A stretch of DNA of 64,000 nt from Eledone cirrhosa. Its lineage: Eukaryota. The translations under genes were made by a program, and so were the position numbers. The stretch covers positions 97,030,001 to 97,094,000 of the forward strand of contig OZ024740.1 in NCBI GenBank assembly GCA_964016885.1, given 5' to 3'. Positions within the stretch are counted from its first letter, which is position 1; each line of letters starts with the position of its first letter. Positions 1-24,514 of the stretch are shown here, piece by piece. Under the pieces are notes generated by a model. It did no database searches. It was not told the DNA's origin and saw only the letters and a list, made by a program, of their open reading frames with translations.

Positions 1-9278
<9,278 letters not shown>

Positions 9279-9680
9279 TTTATATATATATTTATGTGTG
9301 TTTGTGTGGGTGGGCGTTTATCTATATATACATATATATTCTTTGTTTTCGTATTTGTTTCGCAAACACACAAGATATAAATTTCTGAGATGAAACAGAT
9401 ATTGTTATATTTCGGAAGTGTCATGTTGTTGTTAAAAATACACGCACCAAACGATTTCACTACAGATTTTTTATTAGTTAGTAACTTTAGTTAGTTTAGT
9501 AACCGGAAGCTGATTTAATGGTTAAAATTAATTGTCAAACTTTTTCGTCGTCACACATTCTGTGATACTTCTAATAGTTATTCTTAATCCTTTGTGTCTG
9601 TTATCTATTTCTCATCTTATTCTATTTACCAACTGTAGTCTTTGTGTGGTGTGTAGACAATCTGTGCATGCGTGCTTGCT

Positions 9681-9724
<44 letters not shown>

Positions 9725-10031
9725 GTGTGTGTGTGTTTGTGTGTGTGCGCGTGTCTGTGTGTATATGTGTGTGTATTTGTGTATACGTGTATGTGTATAT
9801 TTCTTTCCTCTTACTTTTACAACATTGTGCGCTTGACATGTGTAAGGATGTGTTTCTCTATATCTCTTGAGAGGACCAGCGTAGATTCAGAAGAAATGTC
9901 TTTTCTCCAGTTACCACGAAAATATGCCACATACAATAATTGAAAATATTACAATTCATATGTGAGTTAGAAAAAATATTTACAGATATTTGATGGGGAT
10001 TAAGCAACAAAAATAACAACAGCCAACGTGA

Positions 10032-10067
<36 letters not shown>

Positions 10068-10160
10068 GTGTGTGTGTGTGCGTGTTGGGGTGTATGTATG
10101 TATATATGTATATGTGACCGGTTGCCACGTATATATCTATGACTTTATGTATATGTAAAT

Positions 10161-10211
<51 letters not shown>

Positions 10212-10567
10212 TGGCGAAGGGTAACCTGGAAAGCAGGGCATGCAGTCCAATCGCCATGGCGGAACGTGGGCTGTGCAGCCTTACCCCCCTCACCAATTCC
10301 CTCTAAATGACCCTCCCGGTCAAAGCCGCATGTAGTGTTATCTAGTGTGTGTTTTATCTTTTTATGTGTCTAAGATTTAGTAAGCAGTCAAAATTCTGCT
10401 TGCCCCAAACCTGTCGTGTGTGTATGTGTGTGTGTGTTATCCTTTTTTGTGTCTATACGTTTTAGTAAGCAGCCAACATTCTGCTTGCTTCAACCGACGC
10501 AATTGATCAACTCAAGATTCCATAACTCATACACTGCATGTGTTGCATGCACGGACCCTTCACCCTG

Positions 10568-10599
<32 letters not shown>

Positions 10600-11150
10600 A
10601 ATAGAATAGGTAACGGGGAATAAGAACATGAGAGAACAACAAAATACAATGTTGTTTTTTGAAGCATTTAACATTTCGGGAATGTGTCCTTCATCGTGAG
10701 AGATAAAGCAGAAGAGCATTTGTTAGAGAGAAGAAAAAGAAAAATAGGAATTTAAATTTTGTGTTGTGTGATAGACGAATGCAAAAGCAAAGATAAGTAT
10801 GTGTGTGCTTTTTTGGTGTAGGTATGTGTATAAGAGATATAAACAACTGTGTGTGAGGATTGCATAAGTCCTTGTGATAGTGTGTGTGTCCACACGTTTA
10901 TGCGAATGTATATGGGATTAGAGCATCAGTAGTGGAGAAATTAAGAACATTTGGAATAGTGGTTTCAAAAAAATGTCAATTTTTGTTCTCTCTGGAAGTA
11001 TAAGTTTCGCAATCCGATGTGTGAAATGCAGTCTGATTAACAAAAAGTGTTGTGTGGAGTGGTTGGAGAAGGGGAAGTGACAGGTGACAGGAATGTTGTT
11101 GGCAAGTCGGATATCTCCCAGGTGCCTACTAGTTATATTTGAAGGAGTAT
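10600..11150 (-). mobile_element. Decayed 3' end of a Penelope-like element (GIY-YIG C-terminus plus 3' UTR)
   Basis: The minus strand encodes RHLGDIRLANNIPVTCHF..NHS, then after frameshifts approximately QREQKLTF..TTIPNVLN. This matches the H..DI....PV..HF...HS / RE...I..L....P.GLN tail of PLE GIY-YIG domains. A degenerate GATGAagga..tcccGAAA motif lies at ~10670-10700. Confidence 0.55.
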
Positions 11151-11507
11151 ATATTAAAAACATTTTTAACGTAAGAATTCATCGATTACAATATTATATA
11201 TAAAGACATTTAAATCGTTCGATCATCTTTTTTCTTCTAAATTGTTATCTGTCGTAAACAAATATCATCAGTATCAATACTACTGCCTCCGATAACACTG
11301 TCTATTTATCAGTCACCAAAATGTCATCTTCATCACAAAACAGTTTTAGGAGGATCAGCTGTAAAACATCAAATCAGAAAACGTCAGCTTGAGTTCAAGC
11401 TTAGTATTGCTTTCTGCAGTTTGCTGTTGAGTTAGGTACCTCCCCCTTCCTCACAGCCATCGTTACCATCATCATCATTCTCCACTTTCTTATTATTATT
11501 CAATGCA

Positions 11508-11700
11508 TAGTGGATTGGCAGTATCGGTAGAGAGTCGGACGCCATGCTTTGCAGCAAAGAGTTACGGCTCTTTATGGTTTGAATTCAAATTCCGCCGAGG
11601 TTCACTTTGCCTTTCATCCTTACAGAGTCGAGAAAATAAAGTACCAGTAATACACTGGAATAATTACTGGTCTTGTGCCAAAAGTAGAAGCAATTATTAT
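11508..11700 (+). mobile_element. tRNA-derived SINE
   Basis: A-box-like tggcagtatcggt and B-box-like gaattcaaattcc, then the central ctttgcctttcatcctt..gtcga.aaaataaagtaccag box and an (att)n tail. Homologous to 22614-22805 and 12195-12300. Confidence 0.8.
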
Positions 11701-12133
11701 TCAATGCATTATCACTCATGCATATACAAATATATAATTATATGTGTGTGTGTGTATGTGTATGTGTGTGTGCATGTGCGTGTGTGTATGTGTGTGTATG
11801 TGTGTGTGCGCGCGCGCGTGTGTGTGTGATTGTTTCAGCATTAGAAAGGTAAATTGAAACAGTGTGTCCCTGTATTTATCCATAAATTTATGGACGTGCA
11901 GACATATGTATATGTAAGTGCGTGATTGTCTCCAATGCGTGAGCGAAGTGATCTGCATAACTAATTATTTTCAGAAGACATGGATCGGCAGGTGCTATGA
12001 GACCTATTCCCTATCTTGCTTCTCATCACCTGAACTACTCCAAAAGGGAGTTTTGGTCTTTAAATTGCAAGGAGAGTCTCGCTTGATTAAAGTTTTCTCG
12101 TGGATTGTAATATTCGGAGAGGCGAAAAGCTTT

Positions 12134-12194
<61 letters not shown>

Positions 12195-12199
<5 letters not shown>

Positions 12200-12300
12200 G
12201 TTTCTACTTTTGGCACAAGGCCAGCAATTACCCAGTGTATTACTGGTACTTTATTTTATCGACCCCGTAAAGATGAAAGGCAAAGTTAACCTCGGCGGGA
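12195..12300 (-). mobile_element. 3' half of the same SINE family
   Basis: Reverse complement of the SINE 3' part (ctggtactttattttatcgacccc..gatgaaaggcaaagttaacctcggcggga), flanked by (AT)n. Confidence 0.8.
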
Positions 12301-14347
12301 TATATATATATATATAATATAATATATATATATATATATAATATATAATATATATATAATATATATTATATATATATATAATATATAATATACATATATA
12401 TAATTTAGACTGAACATTCCTTAATCGGCATAGCTATTTTGCAATAGAACGGTTTGTAGGTAAGATAGTTTTTTTGTGATATTCGGGTGCACATGTCGGT
12501 AAGACATACAACCCCGAACGAAACATTGGTTAGCTACTAGAGGGGTGGTACTGTTAGCTGTTAAGAAATCTCTCACAATCCAGTGATGTAGTTACGATAA
12601 AAGAGGTAAAGACCGCCTCTAGAAAAGACTTGTCCTCATGATTCTGAGAAATTACCTCTCAAGATAGGTAGAAGGCTCATCGCCAGTCTCTTTGGTATAT
12701 AATAGCGGTGGTGTATACGGGTGTATGCTGGTTGGATGCAAGTTATATATATTTCTTGGATAAGAATAAAATGATGTTAATTTTTAGTGTCCGCCATTGC
12801 GGACATGCTTGACTGTAGTGCACAGTGATAATTAACAAAAAATACAAACTTGATTGCAGTATGAGCAAATTGTTAAGACGATGTAGTTGCTGTCGTAACA
12901 TCCATGGATCTATCTATCTGCATGTTTCCTAATAAACGAATAGTTTTACTCAAGCTTTGCATTGATCAAAGCCTTTGTTACATAGACAGATTCTGTCTAT
13001 GTTACATAGACATATTCTCTCCATGTTACATAAACAGCATGTTTCGAAAGCCATCGTATAGACTGTACCTAAGGATGAACCAGGTGGCCTAAAGGCTGAA
13101 GCTAAATTAATCAGCCTATAGAACGCTGAGGTATGTCCACGTTAGTTTCAGGAGAGTTTTGTTCCGATAATTGAACAACTGAAACATTCATGGTCGAAAC
13201 TCACAGACATCAATTCCCTGATTAGATTCCTTTCCAATCGTTTATGACTTTACTTGTATTTAGTCAAGAAATATAGTATACAGTGTTGGTTGGTGCATGC
13301 GCAGTGATTTTGGGATTCGGTGATATAAATATGCTTGGTGACAGTAGGCAAATGCACTTAAGTATCTAGATGTGAATGGTAACAAGAGGAATGTTGATAT
13401 TAGAAAGATATCTGTTTGTTTTCGGGTTTATAGTATTAACAGAGTTTAGGTTATATATTGGTCTTTCAAGAAGGTATTCTTGATCTGTATAACATACATT
13501 AGTTGGTTTGTAGGAAACTCTGAGAAACCTGTATAGACGCATGTATTCGAAGAGACGCACTTATGAATAAACTTATACATTTTTTAGAAGTAGATAAATA
13601 TTTACAGACATACAGAAATGACAATATATGCCTAAATATCTGTAAAACAAAAATACAGATACGCATACTCACACAGATATACGCGCAAACACACCTATAT
13701 GTGTGAGAGTGTCGATACAGGCGTGTGAATGTGTGTGTGGATTAGGGGATAAAAACTTATTTATTACTCCGATTCTCTACGTACCGAAATACGAAGGGGA
13801 GTGATGAATAGGATCAGAAAAGCCAGTATGTATATATATAACATAGAGAATATATGGATGATTTATAACAAATGTTGGTGGGTTAATGAGTGAACTATAC
13901 ATGACTTTACTTTAAATCCTTGTTTGAAAAGAATAAATAAACATTCGCTTACTTGAAATATCGAATAATGTAGATGATGTGGGGTGAAACAGTGAAATGA
14001 AAACATAACTAATATTTATGTAGTTTTGTGACCATTTAGCTTGGGAAATGTTGCGCATGTTATTAAAGTTATTGAATGAAGTATGTATGTGAATATATTG
14101 CAAACAAAATATATTTAAATATATATATATTTGTGTAAATCGTTTATTACAAAAGTATAAGAAGACAATAACAGGAATTTTCACTGTATAAAGAGAAATT
14201 CCATGTGTGCGTGAGAAAATCCGCGTATATTAAAATTATTAAATCACATAAATTGTATTAAATATGCGTGGAATTAAATTGTGAAAAAAATAAACTAAAA
14301 ATGATTCACATGCGCACGCACACACATACACATATTTATATATGTAT

Positions 14348-14379
<32 letters not shown>

Positions 14380-14993
14380 CACGATAAATTAACGGAGCCA
14401 TAGACTCTCGCTATTCCCTGTCAATAATGTTCTCAAAGGAGAAGGTATCCTGAGCTCTTTAAAATACAATGTGTTGAAAAGGAAACTCACTAGAGAGAGA
14501 TAGTGCGCCATCAATAAAAAAGGGAAAAACCACCAGTGTATGGAATCTATAACCTATGAAAGGCAGGGTAGACACACGATGATTAAAAATATAAATTAAA
14601 GTGTATATACGTACCTCTATAACTATATAATACACAAGTACAAATCCAAAGAGATCTGTTTCGCCAATAAGTTGTTGACTGAAATGAAATAGCCCATGGT
14701 TCATCAGCGTGTGCAAGGCTATACATTTCAAACAAGTCTAAGAGAATCTAAAGCAACCGTCCAAACTTGACTGTCACCAAATATTATGAACCTGAAGATT
14801 GCGAAAGCATGAAAGTACTTGTTCAATTAACACTTAGAATTTAATATTCTATCATACTATTTCATTATAATACCATTATAAATTTTAAAGGATTGTAAAT
14901 AAAACGAGTAAATCAGACAAAGTTGGAATTCCTCTTATTAATATAATCTTCTATACACAATCATACACACCCGTGTATATTTATCTATCTATC

Positions 14994-15032
<39 letters not shown>

Positions 15033-15465
15033 AGAGGTTATATTTAATTTGTTGGGATACAACAAGCAAAATATTATTATAATTGATATAAAGCACTCAA
15101 CAAATTATTGGAGTAAATATACAATATATTAACAAATGGAAATATACTCACATTTTTTTTCTTTTTCTCTTTCTTTCTTTCATTTTCCTTATTTCAACGG
15201 CTTAATTTAAATATACTGTTATTTAAACCTTTCCGAAACTAATTTGCATAATAAACCAACAATAAATCAAATAACTCCACTATCCAGGAGACTCCAACCA
15301 GAATGGTAGCCTTTTTTCAGGGTATGTCAATATTTATTTATAAAACTAACCTATATTATATTTTATTTGATGAAATCGCACCATAATTTGCCTTGGTGGC
15401 CCTTGAAATATGAATGATGAAATAAATATGGTTTTATAAATATAGTTTCAATTTGTTAATATATT
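15033..15465. mobile_element. Degenerate PLE pLTR-like remnant, inverted fragment plus direct fragment
   Basis: 15033-15145 is the reverse complement of ~16760-16865. 15290-15465 matches the 16500-16780 family and carries a degenerate HHR (TTGATGA...GAAA). Confidence 0.6.
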
Positions 15466-15472
15466 GTATATA

Positions 15473-15566
<94 letters not shown>

Positions 15567-15568
<2 letters not shown>

Positions 15569-15599
15569 AACGAGTAGGACCCCGACGGCTGAGCTCAAG
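15567..15599 (+). mobile_element. Terminal fragment of the long-TIR element family
   Basis: ggaacgagtaggaccccgacggctgagctcaag matches the termini at 51138 and 52930. It is preceded by (TA)n. Confidence 0.7.
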
Positions 15600-15772
15600 G
15601 TAAAGTTTTCTCGGTGGAACTGGGATGTTCTTGGTGGAGAAGTCGATGTTGTGTTTTCGCATGGTGCGGGTGAAAGAACTTGAGCTTAACAGAAAAGTCT
15701 GGATACGGCGTGGTACGGTCGGAAAGTATACAAATATATACAAATAAATATATATATATATACAAATAAATA

Positions 15773-15805
<33 letters not shown>

Positions 15806-16485
15806 GTGTGCATATATAAATATGTATATATATATATGTGTATATACATATATATATACATATATATATATGTACGGCAACACTCATCTTTTTCCATTTC
15901 TCCGAGGGTTATAAACCCCACTATCAGGCTAGAAATTTCTTTAGTCTAAAAATACGGTGAAAGCTTATAATTTCTAATTTCTATATATATATATATATAT
16001 ACACTATAGAGTAAAGCATGTCCAGAGAATTATTTGATAATATATATACATCATCTCTACTCCCAATCAGCATCATTAACCACGCAAAATATCAATTAGA
16101 CCAGTCTATAAGAATAAAAGGCATCTATGAAGAAACAGTAAATAAATACGCTAACGTGGCGTCTTCGCGTGCAACCGCTATAGGATATTTACCCACCATT
16201 TCAACAGCACGTGGAAATTAATTAAATATACATACCAGGATTAAATATATATAGAGAGAGAGAGTGAGAAGAAGTTTATGAAGTGGAAATGCGGGTATAC
16301 AGAATTTATTAGGTAACAATTGTTTCTATAGTGTATGGGTTACCTATACCTCGCTATTTGAATAATATAAAAATGTTATCATAAACCGAAGGTACACTGT
16401 AAGCAAACACACCATGTCGTCAGACCTTTGTATTGGAATGATATATATATATATATAATTGTGTATATAAATGTATATATATATA

Positions 16486-16992
<507 letters not shown>

Positions 16993-16993
16993 G

Positions 16994-17097
<104 letters not shown>

Positions 17098-17127
17098 TAT
17101 ATATATATATATATATATATAGCCCAA

Positions 17128-17159
<32 letters not shown>

Positions 17160-18623
17160 ACAAACATGTTTTCCGCTGGACACTACTGACGATGGAACCT
17201 CATCCGAAAACCTCGATGTAGGATTTACCAGAGGACTTCAAACACACGCAAAACAATTTCCCTGAAAAGCCAAATGTATTTCAACAAATGAGCTGTGTCT
17301 CTGCCTCGAGATTATCAAGTAATATCAGTTAATCCATGGACAGGAACTAGAGTGTGAAAATTGCATATAACTACAAGATCTGAATTGTGTTATAAAACTA
17401 TCTAACATTGTGGATTTCAGTGCTAAACGTAATCGCGCGAGAACGATTAGTATAGAAACTTTAATGCTAAACATATCTTAGCTTTAGACAGAAATACAAG
17501 TTCTGAATTCTATTGTTTTTCTTTTACATTGGAAATTAATTATTTGGATTTTATTTCGAATTCTTTTGGGGAGTTGTAACTGTTGCGCTGACAGAGTACT
17601 AGCTGGCAAATCGAAATTATTATGTACTACTATTATATGTGAAATCACTTTTAATTGATAACCGAACGTAAAGACCCTTCGTAATCTATTGACGTACATA
17701 TATATGTATGTATCCGTAACTCGTAATAGAGTTATAGCGGAGCCGCCATAATATAAACCTGTTTCGGGTATTCTAAACCTGGTGCAGCCTATCCCCTCTC
17801 CAGGTAAGAACACAGTCGATTTCATTCAGGAAAAGGAGAAGGGGGATGTGAGAAAAACATTTAGAGGAAGAATGGAATATTTTTATGACGTTAAAATGAT
17901 GAAAGGCTAAGCAAATCACTATAAATTTGAGCACCGCATGATGTGAGAGCAGAGCCGGTACGAAGCCACAACTTATCTAATACAAACAAACCTTATGAAC
18001 ACACATATACATACACACAGACATATTCAATCACGCTAACACGTCCATATAATAAGAGATAGTTTTGCCATTTGTCGCCTTTGATTATATCATCTCAACT
18101 GAGAAAGTTCACTCATTCTGTCATTGGTCCCTATTTGGAATCCATAATGTTCTGTTTGCGGCAAAGGATCATAGTCCAATGGACAACATTCAGTTATCTA
18201 GCTCCGTAAGTCAGGTTTAAAGTACGAATGGCGGAATTTATTTTGTTTCTATTGAAGCATGAATTATTACCCTCAATTCTCGCTCCTGCATTAAATCTGA
18301 AAGGAAATTTGAAGCTGATTTGGCGAAATGCATTTGACTCTTCAGAAAAAAGAAAATTAAAGTGTCATAAGTCACTTTATCCATCTTGCGACTTGTGACG
18401 ACATGCCACTCTAAGGGATTTCCATCAAATCTCCGCAGTCACATATATCGAGAATTTAAGATATAATCTGTTTCTTGCGCTCGAACACGCTCCTGGTTAT
18501 TGACTCATTATGTGCCCACTAAGTCATTAATTCCAAAACAGATTTGAATTTGCTGCGTTGATAAGCCTCGTAAATATGTTATCTCTTTCAGATTCTAGTA
18601 TCGGAGAATGACCTTGCATGAAT

Positions 18624-18679
<56 letters not shown>

Positions 18680-18692
18680 GAGAGCTAGAGAT

Positions 18693-18725
<33 letters not shown>

Positions 18726-18746
18726 GAGAGAAAGAGAGAGATAGAT

Positions 18747-18824
<78 letters not shown>

Positions 18825-19319
18825 ATATAATTCTCTTTCATGATTATATTTTTAATATATTTTGTTGACAATATAACCGCACGCATATTTAATTCAATAT
18901 ATGTAATTTAATAATTTTAATAAACTTGATTTTTCACCCCAACACACGTAATTTTGTGCATGAATTTTCACTGAAAACTTCCTATATATAAATGTATATA
19001 TGCTTACATAATTATACCTTTTTCGCGGATAAACATTTTAAAATATTTTGTTTACCATTTTAACACATGCATACATAATTTAATTTCAATACCATACACT
19101 GATTTCTTTCCAGAAAAGCGCAATTTTTCTACACTGATATAAAGTCCTCAGCACCCAGTCTCGTTAATTAGTTTCGGGAAAATATTAAAATAGTGGATTA
19201 AACGAATTCTGAAAAATTATTCTTTTCAGTGCTCAAGGAAAACGTTTTGAATATCTACTGCCTGCCCTATTATAATATATATATATATATTATATGTATA
19301 TAGATATATTTATTTATTT

Positions 19320-19550
19320 CTTTTGGCGGCTACCCGGACTAGCAACTGATCATTTTGGCCGCCTTCTGGTCTTAAACATTTCTCTCTACTTTTCAGCCCC
19401 ACGGATTGCATATATTATTATATTCCCTTATTAGATAAATTTCGTAACATCTGATGATGTCACCGGGTTCATGCTGAACCTGGTCATTAAAATGTTTATA
19501 GTATAATAAATATTTAAGGAATTTCACCAGTCCGGCCTCCTGTCATTTTA
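19320..19550 (+). mobile_element. pLTR-like fragment with degenerate HHR (related copy 22940-23160)
   Basis: Both loci share tgatgat.tcaccg..ttcat...gaacc.ggtcatt.aaatg...tataataaa...ccagtcc.gcctcctgt. One copy keeps CTGATGA and the other keeps GAAA plus the palindrome atgatcat. Confidence 0.5.
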
Positions 19551-19558
19551 TAATACTC

Positions 19559-19600
<42 letters not shown>

Positions 19601-20399
19601 TTCAAGAGTAACCAATCTTAAAGAGAGAGATGGAGATAGTACAGGTGATATGAGAGGAGAGATTGGTGAGTTAGTTAGAAGCCAAAGCGTAAAGGCATGT
19701 GCTCAATGTGCAATATGCAGTAGAAAGCAGCTAGGTGGCTGGGTTCATGCAGAAGTTAGGTGCGCAGAGCTGGAAATATTCATTAGTTATGCAAAACAAG
19801 ACCACAAACTTCACAAGGAAGACATTATTAAAAGATTGTCAACATAGTTTAGTTTGATGTAAGGAATGTAGAGAATAATAATAATAATATTAATAATAAT
19901 AATGTCCGTTTACAATTGTTTCGCTACTCCATATAATATTTCTGGATCAGATGACTATATATCATAATTGATCTGGTTCAGTTGAAAATAATTAACATAT
20001 TTAAAAAAAACAGAGTGGCTCATCTGAACTCAAATTAAAATAATGTTACATAATATAATGTTCCATATATTGGTTTTTACTATGGTGTCTTGGTTGCATC
20101 AGCTGTCAGCCATAATGAAGCAGTATTCATCTGTCGATGCTGCATTGTGTGAGATCTGCCTATGGGTAACAAGATGGCTTCCAAAGGGCATATTTACCTT
20201 ACTAATTAGAGGGTGGTTTCAGGGGAAGTAACTTCTCGAGAGATTGGAGATTGTGAGTATTTATAGTTAAGTGCTAATGTTTTTATTTTTCTATTGAGAG
20301 ACAATGTAGGGGAGGTAACTTATAATTATCGAGTTGTTCATAGCAATTTAACTTATTAGCTACAAGTAGAAATGGGGCTACATGACTAAGTTGGGTCAA

Positions 20400-22410
20400 A
20401 AACTCTATTGGCGAAGGAATTAGCCCTTCGATGTTGACAGCTAATGGTTACCTCCGTTCTATCGTTAATCGGTAGAGGTAGTGACAGAGTTATGTAATAT
20501 GCTTCCCTAACTCAGAGATCACAAGATTTTCTTCGTCCATTGAACGGTTGGGCCTTAGCTACGATATCCCATTTTAGTGAGTGTTGAACGTTGTTTAATT
20601 TAAGGTTTTTAATGAGCCTAGCTAGCGATGTCGAACATCAGTTGCTAGGGTCCCGGAACGAAAAAGAGTGCGCGTTATACCGTACCTTAAAAGGGTTAGA
20701 GGTAGACCCGATATTCGAAGCAATCTCAACCGTGCACCTATAGACTATGTTGGGTGTCAGGCAGTGTCCATTTAATGGGCGTGCATTGGGGTAACGGCAG
20801 TTGCAGTTGCTTCTGCGGTTAGTGAGAGTAGGGTTGTTTAACCTAAGCGGTTGGTCCGTGCTAGAAGGATTAGATGGGGGAGGTGTGCTACTAGAGTAAT
20901 TATTGGTGTAGTGGCGTGGTGTATTTGATAGGGATGGTGGTACCGCGGTGTGGGAGTTATACTGTCTTAGCTTATGATGGTTACTGAACGCGATGTGGTT
21001 AGCTAGGTTAGGTGTTGTGGAGAATGAGATTTTAATGTTATTTTTATTAAAGAATTTGTAATATCTATGGTTGGGGGGAGAGTTTTTGGATAGGGTAGAG
21101 AAGAAGCGTTTGGGGATATTAGTGGCTAGATTAGATGAGAATGGTGGGTTGAGCCAGGTGATATTTCTAGGTCTATTCCTTCTAGGGGTTCTAGTGGAGT
21201 TGGTAGGGGCCTTCCTAGGGTTATTATTACCTGGGGATTTGTTATTTGTCATCCCATTTCTCATTCCTATTCTAGGGTTGATTTTTAGTTTGTTACTTGG
21301 AGTGGGGAGCAGGCCGTTGCCACCATTAAAGTTCCCTGTATAGGTGCTGTTACTGCTAAAATTCCGGCGAATCTGGCTATATGCTAAGGTATTTCTAGTT
21401 CTCGTGTTAAGTTTATTATGGTCAGTTGCTGTTTTATGGCATTTAGGTATGTAATAAATTGATTGTTTATAACCAGATTCAGAGAGAGCCTTATTATAAT
21501 ATTGTGCGTGGTTTATAAATATCTCTTCATTTGCTGATAGCATTGAGATCCTATAGGAGACATATTTGATTACTGCTCTGATGACTGCCGGTGGGTGGAT
21601 AGAGTGTGGGCTAATATATGTGAGTATTTCACCTGGTTTATGGTAAGGGTTATAAAGGTTATTGTTGAGATCAAGGGTGACGTCTAGCAAGTTTACTACT
21701 TTATCGTTCAGCAGGATGGTGATAGAGAGACCGTTATTTTTGAAGAATCTATGAAATTGTTTCTTTAGCAAATCGAGTCCCCGATTAGTGCAATTGTGGA
21801 CGGCAAATAGGGCGTCTTCCCTGTATATTCCGCCTTGCATGGGTTGGATTTCGGCTCTGATGTTACGTAATAGGTAAATCCCAACTAAATCGGTGATTTG
21901 CGTGGAGTCACTTGAGCCCATCGTAATGTCAAAGTTGTCTGTTCTATCTTTTCTAGTCCAGAGTGCTCCGTTGAATTCAATGATAGTCTGCCTAGCCATG
22001 AGTATGATGTTAATATCATTATTGGTTATGTCCGAGTTGGTGGTGGCTAGGGCTAGTGCTTTGTTGAGCAGTTCCGGGGTTATTGACGCGTAATAGCTAT
22101 CTATATCAAATTGGATGAACCTCATAGATTGCTTGAACCTTAGATCGGAGAACCATCTGATGACTTGGCCGGTGTTGGACCACAACTTGTAGGTGGTATC
22201 ATCCCGTAGCCCAGGGATTATCCTATCAAGGATGTTCTTACTGATGCGGCCCAGGTCAGATGTGATTGGGCGTATGAGTCTAATGGATGGGTTCAGTAAA
22301 AAGTTTGGCTTGTGATACTTGAGAGAGAACCTTGGGGTTGTTGGTACATAAGAGTGGGTAAATCTATCCAAATGCAAGTCCTTAACCAAAGCCTGGGCTT
22401 TTCGGTTAAG
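20400..22410 (-). pseudogene. PLE reverse transcriptase + GIY-YIG endonuclease (Naiad-like motif pattern), disabled
   Basis: Motifs FIQFDIDSYYASI, DITMGSSDSTQITDLVG, GGIYREDAL (catalytic YRDD altered), WLNPPFS and CNC...PLNGHCL..NIVYRC. The frame reads on past TGA 20638-20640 as ..TSLA..LK..LKWDIV..CDL*VRE..INDRTE..SCQH. Confidence 0.9.
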
Positions 22411-22613
22411 TACGTTTACACCATAGTAAAAACCAATACATGGAACATTATATTATGTAACATTATTTTAATTTAAATCCCTTTGAGTTCCGATGAGCCC
22501 CTCTGTTTTTTAAATATGTTAATTATTTTCAACTGAACCAGATCAATTATGATATATAGTCATCTGATCGAGAAATATTATATGGAGTAGCGAAACAATT
22601 GTAAACGGACATT

Positions 22614-22805
22614 GGTGGTGGATTGGCAGTATCGGTAGAGGATCGGACGCCATGCTTTGACGCATAGAGTTACGGCCCTTGCCATTCTGAATTTAAATCC
22701 CGCCAAGGTTAACGTTGCCTTTCATCCTTACGGGGTCGATAAAATAAAGTACCAGTAATGTACTGGGTAATTGCTGGCCTTGTGCCAATAGTAGAAACAA
22801 TTATT
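22614..22805 (+). mobile_element. tRNA-derived SINE inserted into the inverted pLTR
   Basis: Same family as 11508-11700. It is absent from the matching arm at ~19900, where only an (AAT)n tract occurs. Confidence 0.85.
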
Positions 22806-23371
22806 ATTAATATTATTATTCTTATTCTCTACATTCCTTACATCAAACTAAAATATGTTGACAATCTTTTAATAATGTCTTCCTTGTGAAGTTTGTGGTC
22901 TTGTTTTGCTTAACTAATGAATATATATATATATATCTTTCTTTGAGGGCCGCTGGCTGTGTAGCTAGTTGGTCAGCCGCCTTCTCTGTCTCCGGTTTCT
23001 CGGACCCATGGTTTTTCGGACCCATGGGTTTTTACATATTCCTTTGTTATATTCCAATACATGATGATATCACCGAATTCATATGGAACCCGGTCATTGA
23101 AATGATCATATTATAATAAACCTTTCAAGGATTTAAACCAGTCCAGCCTCCTGTTACTTCATTTATATATATATATATATATATATAGAAATTATTTAGC
23201 CTGATAGTGGGGTTAAGAACACTTGGAGAAATGGAAAAAGATGAGTATTGACGTACATGGGAGTCGAATCTACATCTTTGGTTATCCGGACCACTGTGCT
23301 AACATTTACACCAACACAGGTGATGATAATTTCGTTAGTCAAAATACGGCGATAGCTTACATTTCTAATAA

Positions 23372-24315
23372 TATATGCATATATATATGTGTGCATGTAT
23401 GTATATATATATATACATACTACTGTACGTCGGTATACATATATGTATGTACGTGTACATACTTATATTTAAGTAACAGCCGTACTAAGATTGGGAAATG
23501 AAATATCGTTTCATTTTTTCCGTTTATCGTTTTCGGTGCACCCGGCCGATTAACCCACTCGATATGCAAATTGGGCTACTCAGCCGTTAATATGCATAAG
23601 GTAAGTATATACGTTCAACAATCTGGCAGGAAGGTATACGTTGCTGACGATAGCTAACAAGCTTGAAACTAGTACAGCGTTCCTTTGTCAGTGTTGAACA
23701 AACGAGCAACGGTGGTTGCTAGACACTACGGCTTAATACGGGATGTTTATTTACAAACACACCGAGCGTTATAATAAATGTTAGGTGAATCCATACGTGC
23801 ATATATATATGTGTGCATGTATGTATGTATATATATATATATACATACTACTGTACGTCGGTATACATATATGTATGTACGTATACATACTTATATTTAA
23901 GTAACAGCCGTACTAAGAGTGGGAAATGAAATATCGTTTCATTTTTTCCGTTTATCGTTTTCGGTGCACCCGGCCGATTAACCCACTCGATATACAAATT
24001 GGGCTACTCAGCCATTAATATGCATAAGGTAAGTATATACGTTCAACAATCTGGCAGGAAGGTATACGTTGCTGACGATAGCTAACAAGCTTGAAACTAG
24101 TACAGCGTTCCTTTGTCAGTGTTGAACAAACGAGCAACGGTGGTTGCTAGACACTACGGCTTAATACGGGATGTTTGTTTACAAACACACCGAGCATTAT
24201 AATAAATGTTCGGTGAATCCATACGTGCATATATATATGTGTGCATGTATGTATGTATATATATATATACATACTACTGTACGTCGGTATACATATATGT
24301 ATGTACGTGTACATA

Positions 24316-24318
<3 letters not shown>
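23372..24318 (+). repeat. Second, short array (~2.25 units) of the 420-bp HHR family
   Basis: Same unit. HHR cores CTGACGA at 23644 and 24072, both with loop II variant taacaa. Ends in (AT)n. Confidence 0.93.
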
Positions 24319-24365
<47 letters not shown>

Positions 24366-24411
24366 TATGTACACGTACATACATATATGTATACCGACGT
24401 ACAGTAGTATG

Positions 24412-24514
<103 letters not shown>

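Larger units (their letters stand above)
19776..22925 (-). mobile_element. Penelope-like retroelement, 5'-truncated, with 3' pLTR (19776-20088) and inverted pLTR copy (22418-22925)
   Basis: RT plus GIY-YIG ORF flanked by ~310-bp inverted repeats, the right arm interrupted by a SINE. The arms contain C(A/C)GATGA gcc.ctc ... gagtagc GAAAC aatt GTA, a degenerate long-stem-II HHR. Confidence 0.9.

Noticed and set aside
10209-10500. CAGTGGCG start resembling a hAT-type TIR with two ~70-bp internal repeats
   Set aside because: No matching second terminus or TSD found.
17181-17225. CTGACGA tgga..tcc GAAA hammerhead-like string
   Set aside because: Stem I and stem III cannot be paired.
21071-21343. 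Hydrophobic 90-aa ORF resembling a membrane protein (also 38183-38527, 25425-25688)
   Set aside because: Antisense to Asn/Pro/Thr-rich PLE linkers, or derived from (GTG/GAT)n low-complexity sequence.
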